Shown here: positions 36,396 to 46,835 of the stretch, in pieces
Numbering within the stretch: position 1 is the first letter of the stretch
Layout of the letters: the number at the start of each line of letters is the position of its first letter
NCBI GenBank assembly: GCA_965232015.1
Contig: OZ246946.1
Span: 3,302,612-3,366,611 of the forward strand
Source of the DNA: Vicinamibacteria bacterium
GTDB lineage: Bacteria; Acidobacteriota; Vicinamibacteria; Marinacidobacterales; Marinacidobacteraceae
DNA: 64,000 nucleotides
Direction of reading: 5' to 3'
Position numbers and translations under genes: made by a program
Notes under the pieces: model-generated
Database searches by the model: none
What the model was told of the DNA's origin: nothing
The model's input: only the letters and a program-made list of their open reading frames with translations

Positions 36396-37528
36396 TCCGC
36401 CTCCGACTCCTCGCCCCGGCCCTCGCGGCCGCCTTCGCTCTCGCGCTCCCGGCCCTCGCCGAGGATCCGGAGCCGCCGAAGCGGAACTACTTCGTCTATG
36501 TGTGCGCCGAGTCGGACGACACGGTGCATCTCATCCGGTTCGGTCCCGGCGGCACCGCCGAGGTGGATCGGATCGCGGTGGGCAGTTTCCCCACCGAAAC
36601 CGAGGGGCCGCACGGGATCAACCTCTCGCCCGACGGGAAGTACTGGTTCCTCTCCATCGCCCACGGGATGCCGTTCGGATCGGTTCACAAGTACGAAACC
36701 GGCACGAACGAGTGGATGGGCGACGCGACCCTCGGCATGTTCCCGGCGACCATGGATATCTCGCCGAGCACCGGGCTGCTCTACGTCGTCAACTTCAACC
36801 TGCACGGCGACATGGTTCCGAGCACGATCTCGGTCGTGGAGACCGGCACCATGATCGAGGTCGCCACGATCGACACCGGGGTCATGCCCCACGGCGCCCG
36901 GATGAACGCGGACGGCACCCGGCTCTATTCGGTCAACATGATGGACGACGAGCTGGTCGAGGTGGACACCCTCCGGTTCGAGATCGCCCGTCGGCTCGCG
37001 TTGGGCACCGATCCGCCGGATCCCCACGCCGGCCACGCCGGCATGAGCGACATGGTGGGAGACATGAGCGGCATGCGGATGCCGGTCGTCAAGCCGACCT
37101 GGGCCACCAAGCCGTCGCCGGACGGGAAGGTGTACGTGGCCGGCAACGGCGACAGCGCCATTTACGAGGTGGATCTCGATTCGTGGGAGGTGTCCCGCCG
37201 GCTCGACGCCGGGCCCGGCGAGAACCCCTACAACCTCGAGATCACCTCCGACGGCAGCCTGCTGGTCGCCACCTACAAGTCGGGCAACAAGGTCGGCTTC
37301 TGGGATCTGGAGTCGGGATCGCTGATCGCGGCGCCCGAGACCACCCGCCGGGTTCCCCACGGCGTGGTCGTGACCGACGACGACCGCTACGCCCTGGTGA
37401 CTCTCGAGGGCGTCGGCGGCGAGCCGGGGACCGTCGAGGTCTATGACCTGTCCGTCGCCGAGCGCGTCGGAGAGGTGGACGTCGGCAAGCAGGCCGGCGG
37501 GATCATCTACTGGAACGGCCAACCCTGA
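36392..37528 (+). CDS. Secreted YVTN-family beta-propeller repeat protein
   Basis: 378 aa. The GTG start overlaps the stop of the preceding gene (GTGA). Signal peptide RLLAPALAAAFALALPALA. Repeated 'LYVVN/LYSVN/VYVAGNGD' propeller blades. Confidence 0.75.
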   Translation: MIRLRLLAPALAAAFALALPALAEDPEPPKRNYFVYVCAESDDTVHLIRFGPGGTAEVDRIAVGSFPTETEGPHGINLSPDGKYWFLSIAHGMPFGSVHKYETGTNEWMGDATLGMFPATMDISPSTGLLYVVNFNLHGDMVPSTISVVETGTMIEVATIDTGVMPHGARMNADGTRLYSVNMMDDELVEVDTLRFEIARRLALGTDPPDPHAGHAGMSDMVGDMSGMRMPVVKPTWATKPSPDGKVYVAGNGDSAIYEVDLDSWEVSRRLDAGPGENPYNLEITSDGSLLVATYKSGNKVGFWDLESGSLIAAPETTRRVPHGVVVTDDDRYALVTLEGVGGEPGTVEVYDLSVAERVGEVDVGKQAGGIIYWNGQP

Positions 37529-37572
37529 GGCGAGACGAGGAACCGACCCTTCCCGAGCGGAGAACGCGCACC

Positions 37573-39678
37573 ATGAACGAGCAATCCAGGAACGCCGGCG
37601 CCCTGCCGGCGCCCCGAACCCCGGTTCGGCAATTTTTCGCCGCCCTGGCGGCGGCCTTTCTGCTCTTCGCCGCCTCGGCCGCGGCGCAGGAGGAGGCCGA
37701 AGAGCCCACGGGGCCGCAGCCTTCCGAGCTGATCGTCACGCCGTCGGAGGTCACGCTGGAGGTCGGCGAGACGCTGACCCTCGAGGCCGAAGTCCGCGAT
37801 GAAGAGGGTGGCGTCATGGACCGGACCGTGGTGTTCTACTCGCGCCGCCGCCGGGCCGTGGGCGTGAACCCGGCGGGCATCGTGGAGGCGTATCGGCCGG
37901 GCGAGCACACCCTGATCGCCATGGTGCCGCGCGATCCCGAGGACAACAACCGCCGCGCCGAGCCCGCGGTTCAGGTCGAGATCCCGGTCACGATCCCGAA
38001 CCCGCCGGTGGCCACCGTCGAGGTCGCGAATCTGCCCGGTCGGCTCTATGCCGGAACCGAGATCAGCCTCCGCGCCCTCGTGACTGACACCTCCGGCGCC
38101 ACCCGCAACGATGTCGAGGTCGGCTGGAGTTCGAGTGATCCGTCGGTCGCCGAGGTGGATGCGCTCGGCGTCCTGACCCTGGCTGGCGCCGGCGGCGCCA
38201 CGCTGACCCTGACCGCGGAGGCGGTGAGCCATGACGCCGCGATCGAGGTCGCCGCGAACCCGGCCGCTTCGATCACGCTGGAGGCGAGGCTCGACCCGAA
38301 CGCGAGCGATCCGGTCCGCACCGGGGACGTGGTTTTCTTCGAGGCCGAGGTTCTCGACGCGAGCGGCGGCGCGGTGCCCGAGTACCCGGTCCAGTTCGCC
38401 TCGTTCGGGGTCGCCGCCGACGGCATCATCGCCCCCGGCGCCACCTCGCAGGTCGGCGCCGACGGGGCGTTCGTGGCCGAACGTCCCGGCACGCACACGG
38501 TGATCGCCGACGGGTTCACGGTGTCGGCGTCGGCTTCGGTCCGCGTCGTGTCCCGCAACGTGCGGAAGGACGTGGAGATCGTGGGGCAGGGGCCGGTCCG
38601 GGACCGGCGCACCTCGGATCTGTGGGTCTGGGAAGGAACCGACGGTCGCGACTACGCGGTCACCGGAACCCACAGCGCCGACGGGCACGCCTACTTCTGG
38701 GACGTGACCGACCCCTCGGCGATGGCGCTGATCGACACGGTCCGGGTGGACGCCCGCACGGTGAACGACGTGAAGGTGTCGGAGGACGCGAAGTTCGCGG
38801 TGATCAGCCGCGAAGGGGCGTCGAACCGGAAGAACGGGCTGGTGATCCTCGACGTGAGCGACCCGGCGAACGGGGTTCAGGTGATCGCCCGCTACGACGA
38901 CCAGCTCAGTGGCGGGGTGCACAACGTGTTCATCGCCGAGGAGCACATCTACGCGCTCTCGGCGGGCCGGCGGTACGACATCCTGAACGCGGAGGATCCG
39001 ACGAACCCGTACCGGGTGGGGCGGTTCGAGCTGGACACGCCGGGGCACTCGATCCACGACGTGTGGGTGCACGAGGGGATCGCGTATTCGTCGAACTGGA
39101 GCGACGGAGTGGTCGCGGTGGACGTGGGTGGCGGCGGCATGGGGGGCGCGCCGAACAACCCGGTGCTGCTGGGGAGCACGCCGTATCCGAGTGGCTGGAA
39201 TCACGCGGCGTTCCCGTATCGGAGCGAGTCCACCGGGAAGTTCCTGATGATCGGGGGCGACGAGGCCTTCCCCTACCAGACCATCCGGCAGCCGGAGACT
39301 CCGGGGCGGGCCGCGGGCTGGATCCACATCTACGAGTGGGACAACTGGGAGGAGCCGAAGGAAGTGGCGCGCTACCAGGTTCCGGAGGCGGGGACGCACA
39401 ACCTGTGGGTGGAGGACGACATCCTCTACATCGCCTACTACAACGCGGGCCTGCGGGTCGTGGACATCTCGGGCGAGCTGCGGGGGGATCTCTACCGCCA
39501 GGGACGGGAGATCGCCGCCTTCCTCCCGGAGGATCCCGAAGGGCACATCCCGAACGCTCCGATGACGTGGGGTCCGCAGCCCTACAAGGGCCACATCTTT
39601 CTCAGCGACATGAACTCGGGGCTGTGGGCGGTGAAGCTCGTGGACCCCGAACCGGTGTTCCTCGGCGAACCCCGGTAG
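37573..39678 (+). CDS. Secreted Big_2 + LVIVD-repeat beta-propeller protein, paralog 2
   Basis: 701 aa. Same architecture as paralog 1. Its C-terminal ~530 aa are >90% identical (and near-identical at DNA level) to paralog 4. Confidence 0.85.
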   Translation: MNEQSRNAGALPAPRTPVRQFFAALAAAFLLFAASAAAQEEAEEPTGPQPSELIVTPSEVTLEVGETLTLEAEVRDEEGGVMDRTVVFYSRRRRAVGVNPAGIVEAYRPGEHTLIAMVPRDPEDNNRRAEPAVQVEIPVTIPNPPVATVEVANLPGRLYAGTEISLRALVTDTSGATRNDVEVGWSSSDPSVAEVDALGVLTLAGAGGATLTLTAEAVSHDAAIEVAANPAASITLEARLDPNASDPVRTGDVVFFEAEVLDASGGAVPEYPVQFASFGVAADGIIAPGATSQVGADGAFVAERPGTHTVIADGFTVSASASVRVVSRNVRKDVEIVGQGPVRDRRTSDLWVWEGTDGRDYAVTGTHSADGHAYFWDVTDPSAMALIDTVRVDARTVNDVKVSEDAKFAVISREGASNRKNGLVILDVSDPANGVQVIARYDDQLSGGVHNVFIAEEHIYALSAGRRYDILNAEDPTNPYRVGRFELDTPGHSIHDVWVHEGIAYSSNWSDGVVAVDVGGGGMGGAPNNPVLLGSTPYPSGWNHAAFPYRSESTGKFLMIGGDEAFPYQTIRQPETPGRAAGWIHIYEWDNWEEPKEVARYQVPEAGTHNLWVEDDILYIAYYNAGLRVVDISGELRGDLYRQGREIAAFLPEDPEGHIPNAPMTWGPQPYKGHIFLSDMNSGLWAVKLVDPEPVFLGEPR
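38160..39640. repeat. ~1.5-kb near-identical dispersed repeat (internal to LVIVD paralog 2), partner at ~48180-49680
   Basis: Long stretches are identical by eye (for example 38231-38503 vs 48270-48542 give identical out-of-frame ORF translations). A more diverged third copy lies at ~40250-41740. Confidence 0.75.
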
Positions 39679-39712
39679 ATCCCGGCGGCCTCTCCCGGTC
39701 GCCCGCCGTCCC

Positions 39713-41773
39713 ATGACCAGAACGACTTTCCGCTCCTTTCCCGGCTTCCCCGCTGCCTTCGCCGCCGCCCTTCTGCTTGCCCTGCCGGCGCTCGCCCAGG
39801 AGGAGGAATCCGCCCCCGGTCCGCAGCCCGCGGAGCTGATCGTCACGCCGGCGGAAGTGGAGCTCGAAGTCGGCGAATCGCTGACGCTCGAAGCGGAGGT
39901 CCGCGATGAGGAAGGCGGCGTCATGGACCGGACGGTCGTGTTCTACTCCCGCCGCCGCCGGGCGGTGGGCGTGAATCCGGCGGGAATCGTGGAGGCCTAC
40001 CGGCCGGGAGAGCACGTCCTGATCGCCATGGTGCCGAAGGATCCGGAGGACAACCACCGCCGGGCCGAGCCCGCCGTCGTCGTCGAGATCCCGGTCACGA
40101 TCCCGAACCCGCCGGTCGCCTCGGTCGAGGTGGCCAACCTGCCGGGCCACCTCTACGCCGGGACCGAGGTCAACCTCCGCGCCCTCGTGACCGACACCTC
40201 CGACGCGGTCCGTCACGATGTCGAGGTCGGCTGGAGCACCGCCGATCCGTCGGTCGCGAGCGTGGACTCCCTCGGCGTCCTGACTCTGGTGGGGTCCGGG
40301 AGCACGACCCTCACCGTCTCCGCCGAGGCGGCCTCGCATGACGCGGCGATCGAAGTGCTCGCCAACCCGGTCGCCTCGGTCACGCTGAGCGGCGCCCCGG
40401 ACGAGGCGGTGCGGACCGGAGACGTGGTCTTCCTCGAGGCGCGCGTCCTCGATGCCTCCGGGAACGAGGTCCCCGACTACCCGGTGCAGTTCGCCGCCCT
40501 TGGCGTTCCCGCCGACGGCATCATCGCTCCCGGCGCCACCTCCCAGGTCGGCGAGGACGGCGCGTTCGTAGCGGAGCGGTCCGGCACCCACACCGTGATC
40601 GTGGACGCTTTCACCCACTCCGCGACCGCCACCATCGCCACCGTCCCCCGCAACGTGCGCAAGGACGTCGAGGTCGTGGGACGGGGTCCGGTCCTCGATC
40701 GGCGCACCTCCGACCTGTGGGTGTGGGAAGGGACCGACGGACGCGACTACGCGGTCACCGGAACCCACAGCGCCGACGGGCACGCCTACTTCTGGGACGT
40801 GACCGACCCCTCGGCGATTTCGCTGATCGACACCGTCAGGGTGGACGCCCGCACGGTGAACGACGTGAAGGTCTCGGAGGACGCCCGTTTCGCTGTGATC
40901 AGCCGGGAGGGGGCTTCCAACCGCAAGAACGGCCTCGTCATCCTCGACGTGAGCGACATGCAGGGCGGCATCCAGGTCATCGCCCGCTACGACGACCAGC
41001 TCAGCGGCGGCGTCCACAACGTGTTCATCGCCGAGAACCACATCTACGCGCTCTCGGCGGGTCGCCGCTACGACATCCTGAACGCCGAGGATCCGACGAA
41101 CCCCTACCGGGTCGGACGCTTCGAGCTGGACACGCCGGGGCACTCGATCCACGACGTCTGGGTCCATGAAGGGATCGCGTATTCGTCGAACTGGAACGAC
41201 GGCGTGGTTGCGGTGGACGTCGGGGGCGGCGGCCAGGGCGGCGCGCCGAACAACCCGGTGATGCTGGGGAGCACGCCCTACCCGAGCGGCTGGAACCACG
41301 CGGCGTTCCCGTATCGCAGCCAGTCCACCGGGAAGTTCCTGATGATCGGGGGTGACGAGGCCTTCCCGTACCAGTTGATCGAAGGGGACCGCGCCCCGCG
41401 CCGGGCCGCGGGCTGGATCCACATCTTCGAGTGGGACGAGTGGGATGCGCCGAAGGAAGTGGCGCGCTATCAGGTGCCGGAGGCGGGGACGCACAACCTG
41501 TGGGTGGAGGACGACATCCTCTACATCGCCTACTACAACGGGGGACTCCGGGTCGTGGACCTTTCCGGCGAGCTGCGGGGCGACCTCTACCGGCAGGGCC
41601 GCGAGATCGCCATGTTCCGCCCCATGGATCCCGGCAGCGTCAAGCCGAATACGCCGTTCGTGTGGGGACCGCAGCCTTACAAGGGTCACATCTTCCTCGC
41701 CGACAACAGCTCCGGCCTGTGGGCGGTGAAGCTGGTGGACGCCGACCCGGTGTATCTGGGCGAACCGCAGTAG
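39713..41773 (+). CDS. Secreted Big_2 + LVIVD-repeat beta-propeller protein, paralog 3
   Basis: 686 aa with a signal peptide. It is ~80% identical to paralogs 2 and 4. Confidence 0.85.
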   Translation: MTRTTFRSFPGFPAAFAAALLLALPALAQEEESAPGPQPAELIVTPAEVELEVGESLTLEAEVRDEEGGVMDRTVVFYSRRRRAVGVNPAGIVEAYRPGEHVLIAMVPKDPEDNHRRAEPAVVVEIPVTIPNPPVASVEVANLPGHLYAGTEVNLRALVTDTSDAVRHDVEVGWSTADPSVASVDSLGVLTLVGSGSTTLTVSAEAASHDAAIEVLANPVASVTLSGAPDEAVRTGDVVFLEARVLDASGNEVPDYPVQFAALGVPADGIIAPGATSQVGEDGAFVAERSGTHTVIVDAFTHSATATIATVPRNVRKDVEVVGRGPVLDRRTSDLWVWEGTDGRDYAVTGTHSADGHAYFWDVTDPSAISLIDTVRVDARTVNDVKVSEDARFAVISREGASNRKNGLVILDVSDMQGGIQVIARYDDQLSGGVHNVFIAENHIYALSAGRRYDILNAEDPTNPYRVGRFELDTPGHSIHDVWVHEGIAYSSNWNDGVVAVDVGGGGQGGAPNNPVMLGSTPYPSGWNHAAFPYRSQSTGKFLMIGGDEAFPYQLIEGDRAPRRAAGWIHIFEWDEWDAPKEVARYQVPEAGTHNLWVEDDILYIAYYNGGLRVVDLSGELRGDLYRQGREIAMFRPMDPGSVKPNTPFVWGPQPYKGHIFLADNSSGLWAVKLVDADPVYLGEPQ

Positions 41774-41847
41774 GGACCGCTTCCGGCGCGGAGCCGGGGA
41801 GGATCCGGGACGTGGTTGTCGCGCGTCGCCGATGGGAGGAATCCACC

Positions 41848-42822
41848 GTGCGCATCGTTTCCTTGCCGGAAATCCGGTCCGCCATCACGCCGGAGGCCGC
41901 CGTCGAAGCGGTGAAGGCGGGCTTTGTCGCCCATGCGCAGGGTCTCGTGGACTGCCCTCCGCCGATGCAGATCGTCTTTCGGGACGACCAGCGGGAACTC
42001 ACCGGCGAGTGCCACGTCAAGTCCGCGACCTGGAGCGGGAATCCCTGGCTCTCCGTCAAGATCGCCTCCGGCTCCTACCGCAACGCGGAGCGCGGTCTGC
42101 CGGGAGCGGGCGGGATGGTCGTCGTGCTCTCCGCCGACACCGGCCTGCCGGTCGCGCTGCTGCATGACGACTGCTGGCTCACCAACGTGCGCACCGCCGC
42201 CGCCGGGGCCCTCGCCGCGGCGCTGAAGCCGGTCTCCGGCGAAGCGACCCTCGGCGTGATCGGCACCGGCGTCCAGGCGAAGATCCAGGTGGAGATGATC
42301 TCGGCCCATCTGGGACTCTCATCGGTGGCCGTTTGGGGACGGTCGCCGGCGAAGGCCGCGGCGCTTGCGAAGACACTCGCCGCCGGAGGGCTTGCCGCAA
42401 CCGCGATGAACACCGTCCGTGACGTGTGCCATGCCAGCGCCATCCTCGTCACCACCACCCCGGCCACCAGCCCGGTCGTCCGGCTGGAGGACGTCCCCGA
42501 AACCCTCCACATCGTCGCGGTCGGGGCCGACACCCCGGGCAAGACCGAGCTGGATCCGCGCATCCTGGGACGCGCCCACACGATCGTCACCGACGACCAC
42601 CGGGAGTGTCTCGAAAACAGTGACTTCGGCGCCGCGGTGCGCGCCGGCGCGGCGGCGGAGGACAGCGACTTCTCCTTCGGCGAACTGCTGGCGCGCGACA
42701 CCCCGGACCCGCGGCTGGCGCGGAACGGGATTTCCGTCGTGGACCTGACCGGGATGGGGGTCCAGGATCTCGCGATCGCGACGCTGACCCTGGAGGCGCT
42801 CGGGAAGGCATCGGGGCGCTGA
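41848..42822 (+). CDS. Ornithine cyclodeaminase/mu-crystallin family NAD(P)-dependent enzyme (possible Δ1-pyrroline-2-carboxylate reductase)
   Basis: Rossmann 'LGVIGTGVQA' plus overall OCD/mu-crystallin-like sequence. GTG start at 41848. The ORF's upstream extension overlaps the preceding gene in another frame and is rejected. Confidence 0.75.
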   Translation: MRIVSLPEIRSAITPEAAVEAVKAGFVAHAQGLVDCPPPMQIVFRDDQRELTGECHVKSATWSGNPWLSVKIASGSYRNAERGLPGAGGMVVVLSADTGLPVALLHDDCWLTNVRTAAAGALAAALKPVSGEATLGVIGTGVQAKIQVEMISAHLGLSSVAVWGRSPAKAAALAKTLAAGGLAATAMNTVRDVCHASAILVTTTPATSPVVRLEDVPETLHIVAVGADTPGKTELDPRILGRAHTIVTDDHRECLENSDFGAAVRAGAAAEDSDFSFGELLARDTPDPRLARNGISVVDLTGMGVQDLAIATLTLEALGKASGR

Positions 42823-43017
42823 CGCTCGCCACGCACGGTCCGGTGCGGCGGGTTCTGACTTCAGTCAAGGCTCTCGGAGCCATCGCCGAGCCGGAGCGCG
42901 GCGGCCTCCATCCGGATCCGCCCGGGTTGGCGCCGCGCCGGACCGCGACTCGATCCCGCCGGCGACTCGAGTCACCACCCGAGTCACACCGTCGCCGTAG
43001 CGCCGGCGACGCCGGTC

Positions 43018-46000
43018 TCAGCGCCGCCCGGCGGCGTCTCCTGGTCGCCCCGCGTCGAGGTCCGCCGCCCCCTCGCTGTCTCCCCCGTTCCGTCGGGCCC
43101 CGAACCGGTAGGTGAGACCGATCTTCAGGCGGCGGCTCTTCGGGTTGTGCGTCAGGCCGTCGAACCCCTGCTCGTAGTCAACGCGGGGTGGCGGCTCGTC
43201 GGTCAGGTTCAGCGCCGAGAATGTGACGGTCACTCCGTTGTCGAGCCGCCACCGGACGTTGGCGTCCCACGTCAGGAACGGCTCGATGAAGGGGGTGCGG
43301 GTCCAGACGTAGCGGTCCTCGTATGAGGAGATGTGGTTGACCCAGCTCAACAGGCTGATGTCGTTCCAGTGGTAGCCAACCGACGCCCGCGTCTTCATCT
43401 TCGGCAGCGGCGGCGCGACCGGAATCTCCCGGTTGAACGCGCCCGCTACATCCTGCGCCTCGGTGAAACGAACGCCATCCATCTCCAGGGCGCGCAGGCG
43501 GTACTCCAGCAGCATGGTCGTGTCGAGGGTGGCGGAGAACCGGCCAGGCCCGGCATCGAAACGGGCGCCGACGCGCCAGTCGAAGCCCGACGTCTCGACG
43601 CCGGGCCAGTTGGTCAAGTCCACCCGCACCCGCTCGATGTTGGCGGGGCTGCACGACCCGTCCGTCGCGCCGCCGGGGCAGAACACGCGGTGCTGCACCG
43701 CATCCAGCCGCCGCTGCCGTTCGTCCCGGGTCAGACCGGAGTCGTTTCCAGTGGCGTCGATGTAGAGCTGGACAACGTTGTCGTAGGGCAGTGGCGCGAT
43801 CACTTCCGAGAAGTCGTACGTCCAGTAGTCGAATGTCATTTCGATGCCCGGCGTCGCGAACAGGACGAGGCCAACGTTCCAGGTCAGCGCCTCCTCGGGT
43901 ACGAGGTTGCGGCTGCCGTAAGCGTCCACCGCCTTGTACGCCCCCACGGTGTCGAACCACTCGAGCGTCGTTCGGACATCCTCGTTCAGGTCGTCCACGG
44001 ACGGCGCCCGGAAGGTGGACTGCACCGAGCCGCGCAGGGACAGGGCGTAGTTGGCGGACTCCATGATCTGCATGGTCGCCGCCGCCTTGGGATCGAAGCT
44101 GCTCACGGTGTCGTGGATCTCGTAGTTCGCGGCGAGCTGCGCGTCGAGTCGGGGGCCGATGTTCAGCGGGATCTCACCGAAGACCCGGTGCACGGTCTGG
44201 CTGGCCGCGTACGGGTGGAAGCCGGGAGTGAAGGTGAACGGGCCGACGACGGATCCGGTGAACCGTCCCCGGGCATCGATGCACGACCGGTCGCCTGGCG
44301 CCAGACACGGGTTGAGCGACAGGTTCGCCGCGTCGTTCGGGGTGGCCGACACGTCGAACCGCCGGAATTGGTAGCCGACGGCGTAGCTCGCCACGTCCTC
44401 GATCAGGGTTCCGCTCAGCGTCGCATCGCTGACCAGCAAGCCGGCCGTGCTCTTCAGGTTGACCTCCTCGTTGATCCAGTCGCGCAACGCGGCGCTGTTC
44501 GCCAGGGCCGGGTCGAAGGCCGGGTTCGCCGTGTGCTCGTAGGCCGCGCCCGGCTGCGCGGAGAACTGGAGGGCGTTGCTGAACGGGTTGTAGTACATGC
44601 AGTCGCCCTGGCCGGCCACTCGGTCGCCGACGCCGCCGAGCGCCAGACCCGAGGGCGACCGGGCGTCCGCCACGACGCCGACCCCGCAGGTCGGTCCCCC
44701 GTAGCCGCGGAACGCGAGGAACTTGCGGTACGCGTACTCGGCCGGCTGGTTCATGTTCCCGGCGGCGCGCGAGTAGCTGACGCCCACATCGAGGGAGGCG
44801 TCCCGCTCGCCGAATCTCAGGTCGCGCGCCACCGAAGCGGCGAGGCGCCCGGTGCTCGACTTGCGGCTCAGGGTGCGCCCGGGACCGCTGTTGCCGATCA
44901 GGCGGCCATAGAAGTACCAGTCGTCGGACGCGAGGCAGTCGTCCGCGGACGCGAACCCCGCCGCGCCGTAATCCGACCCGCAAAACGCCTGTCGCCCCGG
45001 ATTGTCCGGCTCGACCACCTGGAGCCCGTCGAACAGCGACACCGGCGGGAAGGACGGCGTCGTGAGGTAGTCCGGTACCCGGGCGTCGGCCCAGAGGGCC
45101 TCCAGATGGTAGGTGGTCCGGTCGTCCATCGGACCGTTCAGTTCGAAGAACGCCCGCGTGTGCTCCTGCTCCTCGATGAGGGTGTCCCAGATCTGGTAGC
45201 GGAACGCGCACGTGTTCGAGAGCAACGCGCCCCCGAGTTCCTCGCACGCCGGGTCGATGAAGAAGTCCCCGGCATCGCGCGCGCCGGCGAGCGTGGAGAC
45301 GAGGTCGGCGCCCGCCAACGATGGCGTGAGGAAGGCCCCGGGGTTGCCCGTGCTCGACCAGCCCCAGAACGTCTCCGAGCGGGTGCGCACGGCCCAGTCC
45401 CGCTCGATCAGATCCAGCTCCTGGCGGTCAACCCGCTCCACCGAAAGGACCGCGCGAGCCGGTCCGATTTTCCCACCCCAGATCGCGCCGAACGTCGTAT
45501 CGCCGGCGCCGTCGAAGTCGTCGTGCGAGGCCGAGATCTCCAGACCCTCGAAGTCGTCTCGGGTCACGAAGTTGGCGACGCCGGCCACCGCGTCCGACCC
45601 GTAGATGGCCGCTGCCCCCTCCTTGAGCACCTCGATCCGGTCGAGCGCGATCGCCGGGAAGACGTTCACGTCCACGAAGCGCCCGCCGAAGAGGCGGGCG
45701 GGGACCGGGGTCTGTCGCCGGCCGTTGAAGAGCACCAGGGTTCGCGACGCCCCGAGACCGCGCAGGTTCACGTTGGCCACCGTCTCCGGCACCGACAGTG
45801 CCTGGTCGTTGTACCAACTGTTCGCCTCGCCGATGACCGCGCTGCTCGCGCCCAGGTTCTTGAAGAAGTCGGTGACCGGCAGCGAGCCCAGCTCCTCCAG
45901 CTCCTCGCGGTCCACGACGGCCACCGCGTAGGGCAGATTGATGGGGGGTTCATCGAACGCCGTGCCGGTGACCGCGACCGTGACCTCTTCGAACAGGCTG

Positions 46001-46356
46001 CCGATCTGGAGGACAGCGTCGATCGTCGCCGTCGCCCCCGCCGCCAGCTCGACGCTGTCCCGCGACGCGGAAAGAAAGCCCGGCAACGTGAACGAGACCG
46101 TGTAGGTCCCCGCCGGCAGCCCGCTGAACGCATAGCGCCCCTCGGTGTCCGTCACCTCGAGTCGCGGCGCGCCGGCCAGCGGGGGGCCGGCCACCTCGAC
46201 CGTCGCTCCCGGCAGGACGCCTCCGGTGTCGTCGGTCACGGTCCCCGTGATTCCTCCGCGCTGGGCAAGCGCGGGAAGCGGCAGCGCGACCAGGCACAGC
46301 ACGAGCCGGAAATGTCTGGAGGGACTGATCCGACGACGCTGCACCCGAAGTTTCAC
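43018..46356 (-). CDS. TonB-dependent outer-membrane receptor with N-terminal carboxypeptidase-regulatory-like domain
   Basis: Signal peptide (LVLCLVALPLPALAQ). CarboxypepD_reg-like 'GITGTVTDDTGGVLPGATVEV...GRYAFSGLPAGTYTV'. Plug-like 'RIEVLKEGAAAIYGSDAVAGVANFVTR'. Long barrel. GTG start at 46356; the ORF extends to 46677. Confidence 0.8.
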   Translation of the reverse strand: MKLRVQRRRISPSRHFRLVLCLVALPLPALAQRGGITGTVTDDTGGVLPGATVEVAGPPLAGAPRLEVTDTEGRYAFSGLPAGTYTVSFTLPGFLSASRDSVELAAGATATIDAVLQIGSLFEEVTVAVTGTAFDEPPINLPYAVAVVDREELEELGSLPVTDFFKNLGASSAVIGEANSWYNDQALSVPETVANVNLRGLGASRTLVLFNGRRQTPVPARLFGGRFVDVNVFPAIALDRIEVLKEGAAAIYGSDAVAGVANFVTRDDFEGLEISASHDDFDGAGDTTFGAIWGGKIGPARAVLSVERVDRQELDLIERDWAVRTRSETFWGWSSTGNPGAFLTPSLAGADLVSTLAGARDAGDFFIDPACEELGGALLSNTCAFRYQIWDTLIEEQEHTRAFFELNGPMDDRTTYHLEALWADARVPDYLTTPSFPPVSLFDGLQVVEPDNPGRQAFCGSDYGAAGFASADDCLASDDWYFYGRLIGNSGPGRTLSRKSSTGRLAASVARDLRFGERDASLDVGVSYSRAAGNMNQPAEYAYRKFLAFRGYGGPTCGVGVVADARSPSGLALGGVGDRVAGQGDCMYYNPFSNALQFSAQPGAAYEHTANPAFDPALANSAALRDWINEEVNLKSTAGLLVSDATLSGTLIEDVASYAVGYQFRRFDVSATPNDAANLSLNPCLAPGDRSCIDARGRFTGSVVGPFTFTPGFHPYAASQTVHRVFGEIPLNIGPRLDAQLAANYEIHDTVSSFDPKAAATMQIMESANYALSLRGSVQSTFRAPSVDDLNEDVRTTLEWFDTVGAYKAVDAYGSRNLVPEEALTWNVGLVLFATPGIEMTFDYWTYDFSEVIAPLPYDNVVQLYIDATGNDSGLTRDERQRRLDAVQHRVFCPGGATDGSCSPANIERVRVDLTNWPGVETSGFDWRVGARFDAGPGRFSATLDTTMLLEYRLRALEMDGVRFTEAQDVAGAFNREIPVAPPLPKMKTRASVGYHWNDISLLSWVNHISSYEDRYVWTRTPFIEPFLTWDANVRWRLDNGVTVTFSALNLTDEPPPRVDYEQGFDGLTHNPKSRRLKIGLTYRFGARRNGGDSEGAADLDAGRPGDAAGRR

Positions 46357-46835
46357 GACCGAGAGTGTCACACCGAGCGCCCACCGACGAGCGCGAGGAA
46401 GGTCGTCAGGTTCGAAGGACGAGTGGAGCGAGGGCTTTCCATCGGTCGGGCGTGAATCGCCACCTGGAGACAGGCGACCGGCCCCACCGGCTCGCTGCTC
46501 TGGCTTCGCACCGAACCGCTGCGAGGCAGGCATCGAAAATTCATGTGGACCCGGCGGGCGCCCCTTGCGAGGACGGCCCAGCGCGGCTAAAACACGGGAA
46601 TTGAGCCGCGGCGCCGATTTCCTCCGGCGAGCGGCCGATTCGAGGCCCTGCGAAGAGGGCCGAGACGACCTTGCCACGACCGATCGGTCGGGCGTGGAAC
46701 CGCCACCAGGAGACCGGCGACCTGCCCACTACGGCCCACTTCCCGGCTCCCCGCGCGGGTCCGCCTTCCCGCCGCACGCCGCACCGGAGCGTCGGATCCG
46801 GGACATCGCGAAGCTCGAGGCGCCAGCGAGAGGTC

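Noticed and set aside
33684-41689. Very long minus-strand ORFs (33684-36308, 37507-39924, 39602-41689) opposite the LVIVD genes.
   Set aside because: These are antisense artefacts with Arg/Gly/Asp-rich low-complexity translations. The paralogous sense-strand proteins are mutually conserved.
43333-46455. 1040-aa plus-strand ORF antisense to the TonB receptor gene.
   Set aside because: It is an antisense artefact with no motifs. The minus strand has a signal peptide and CarboxypepD_reg and plug motifs.
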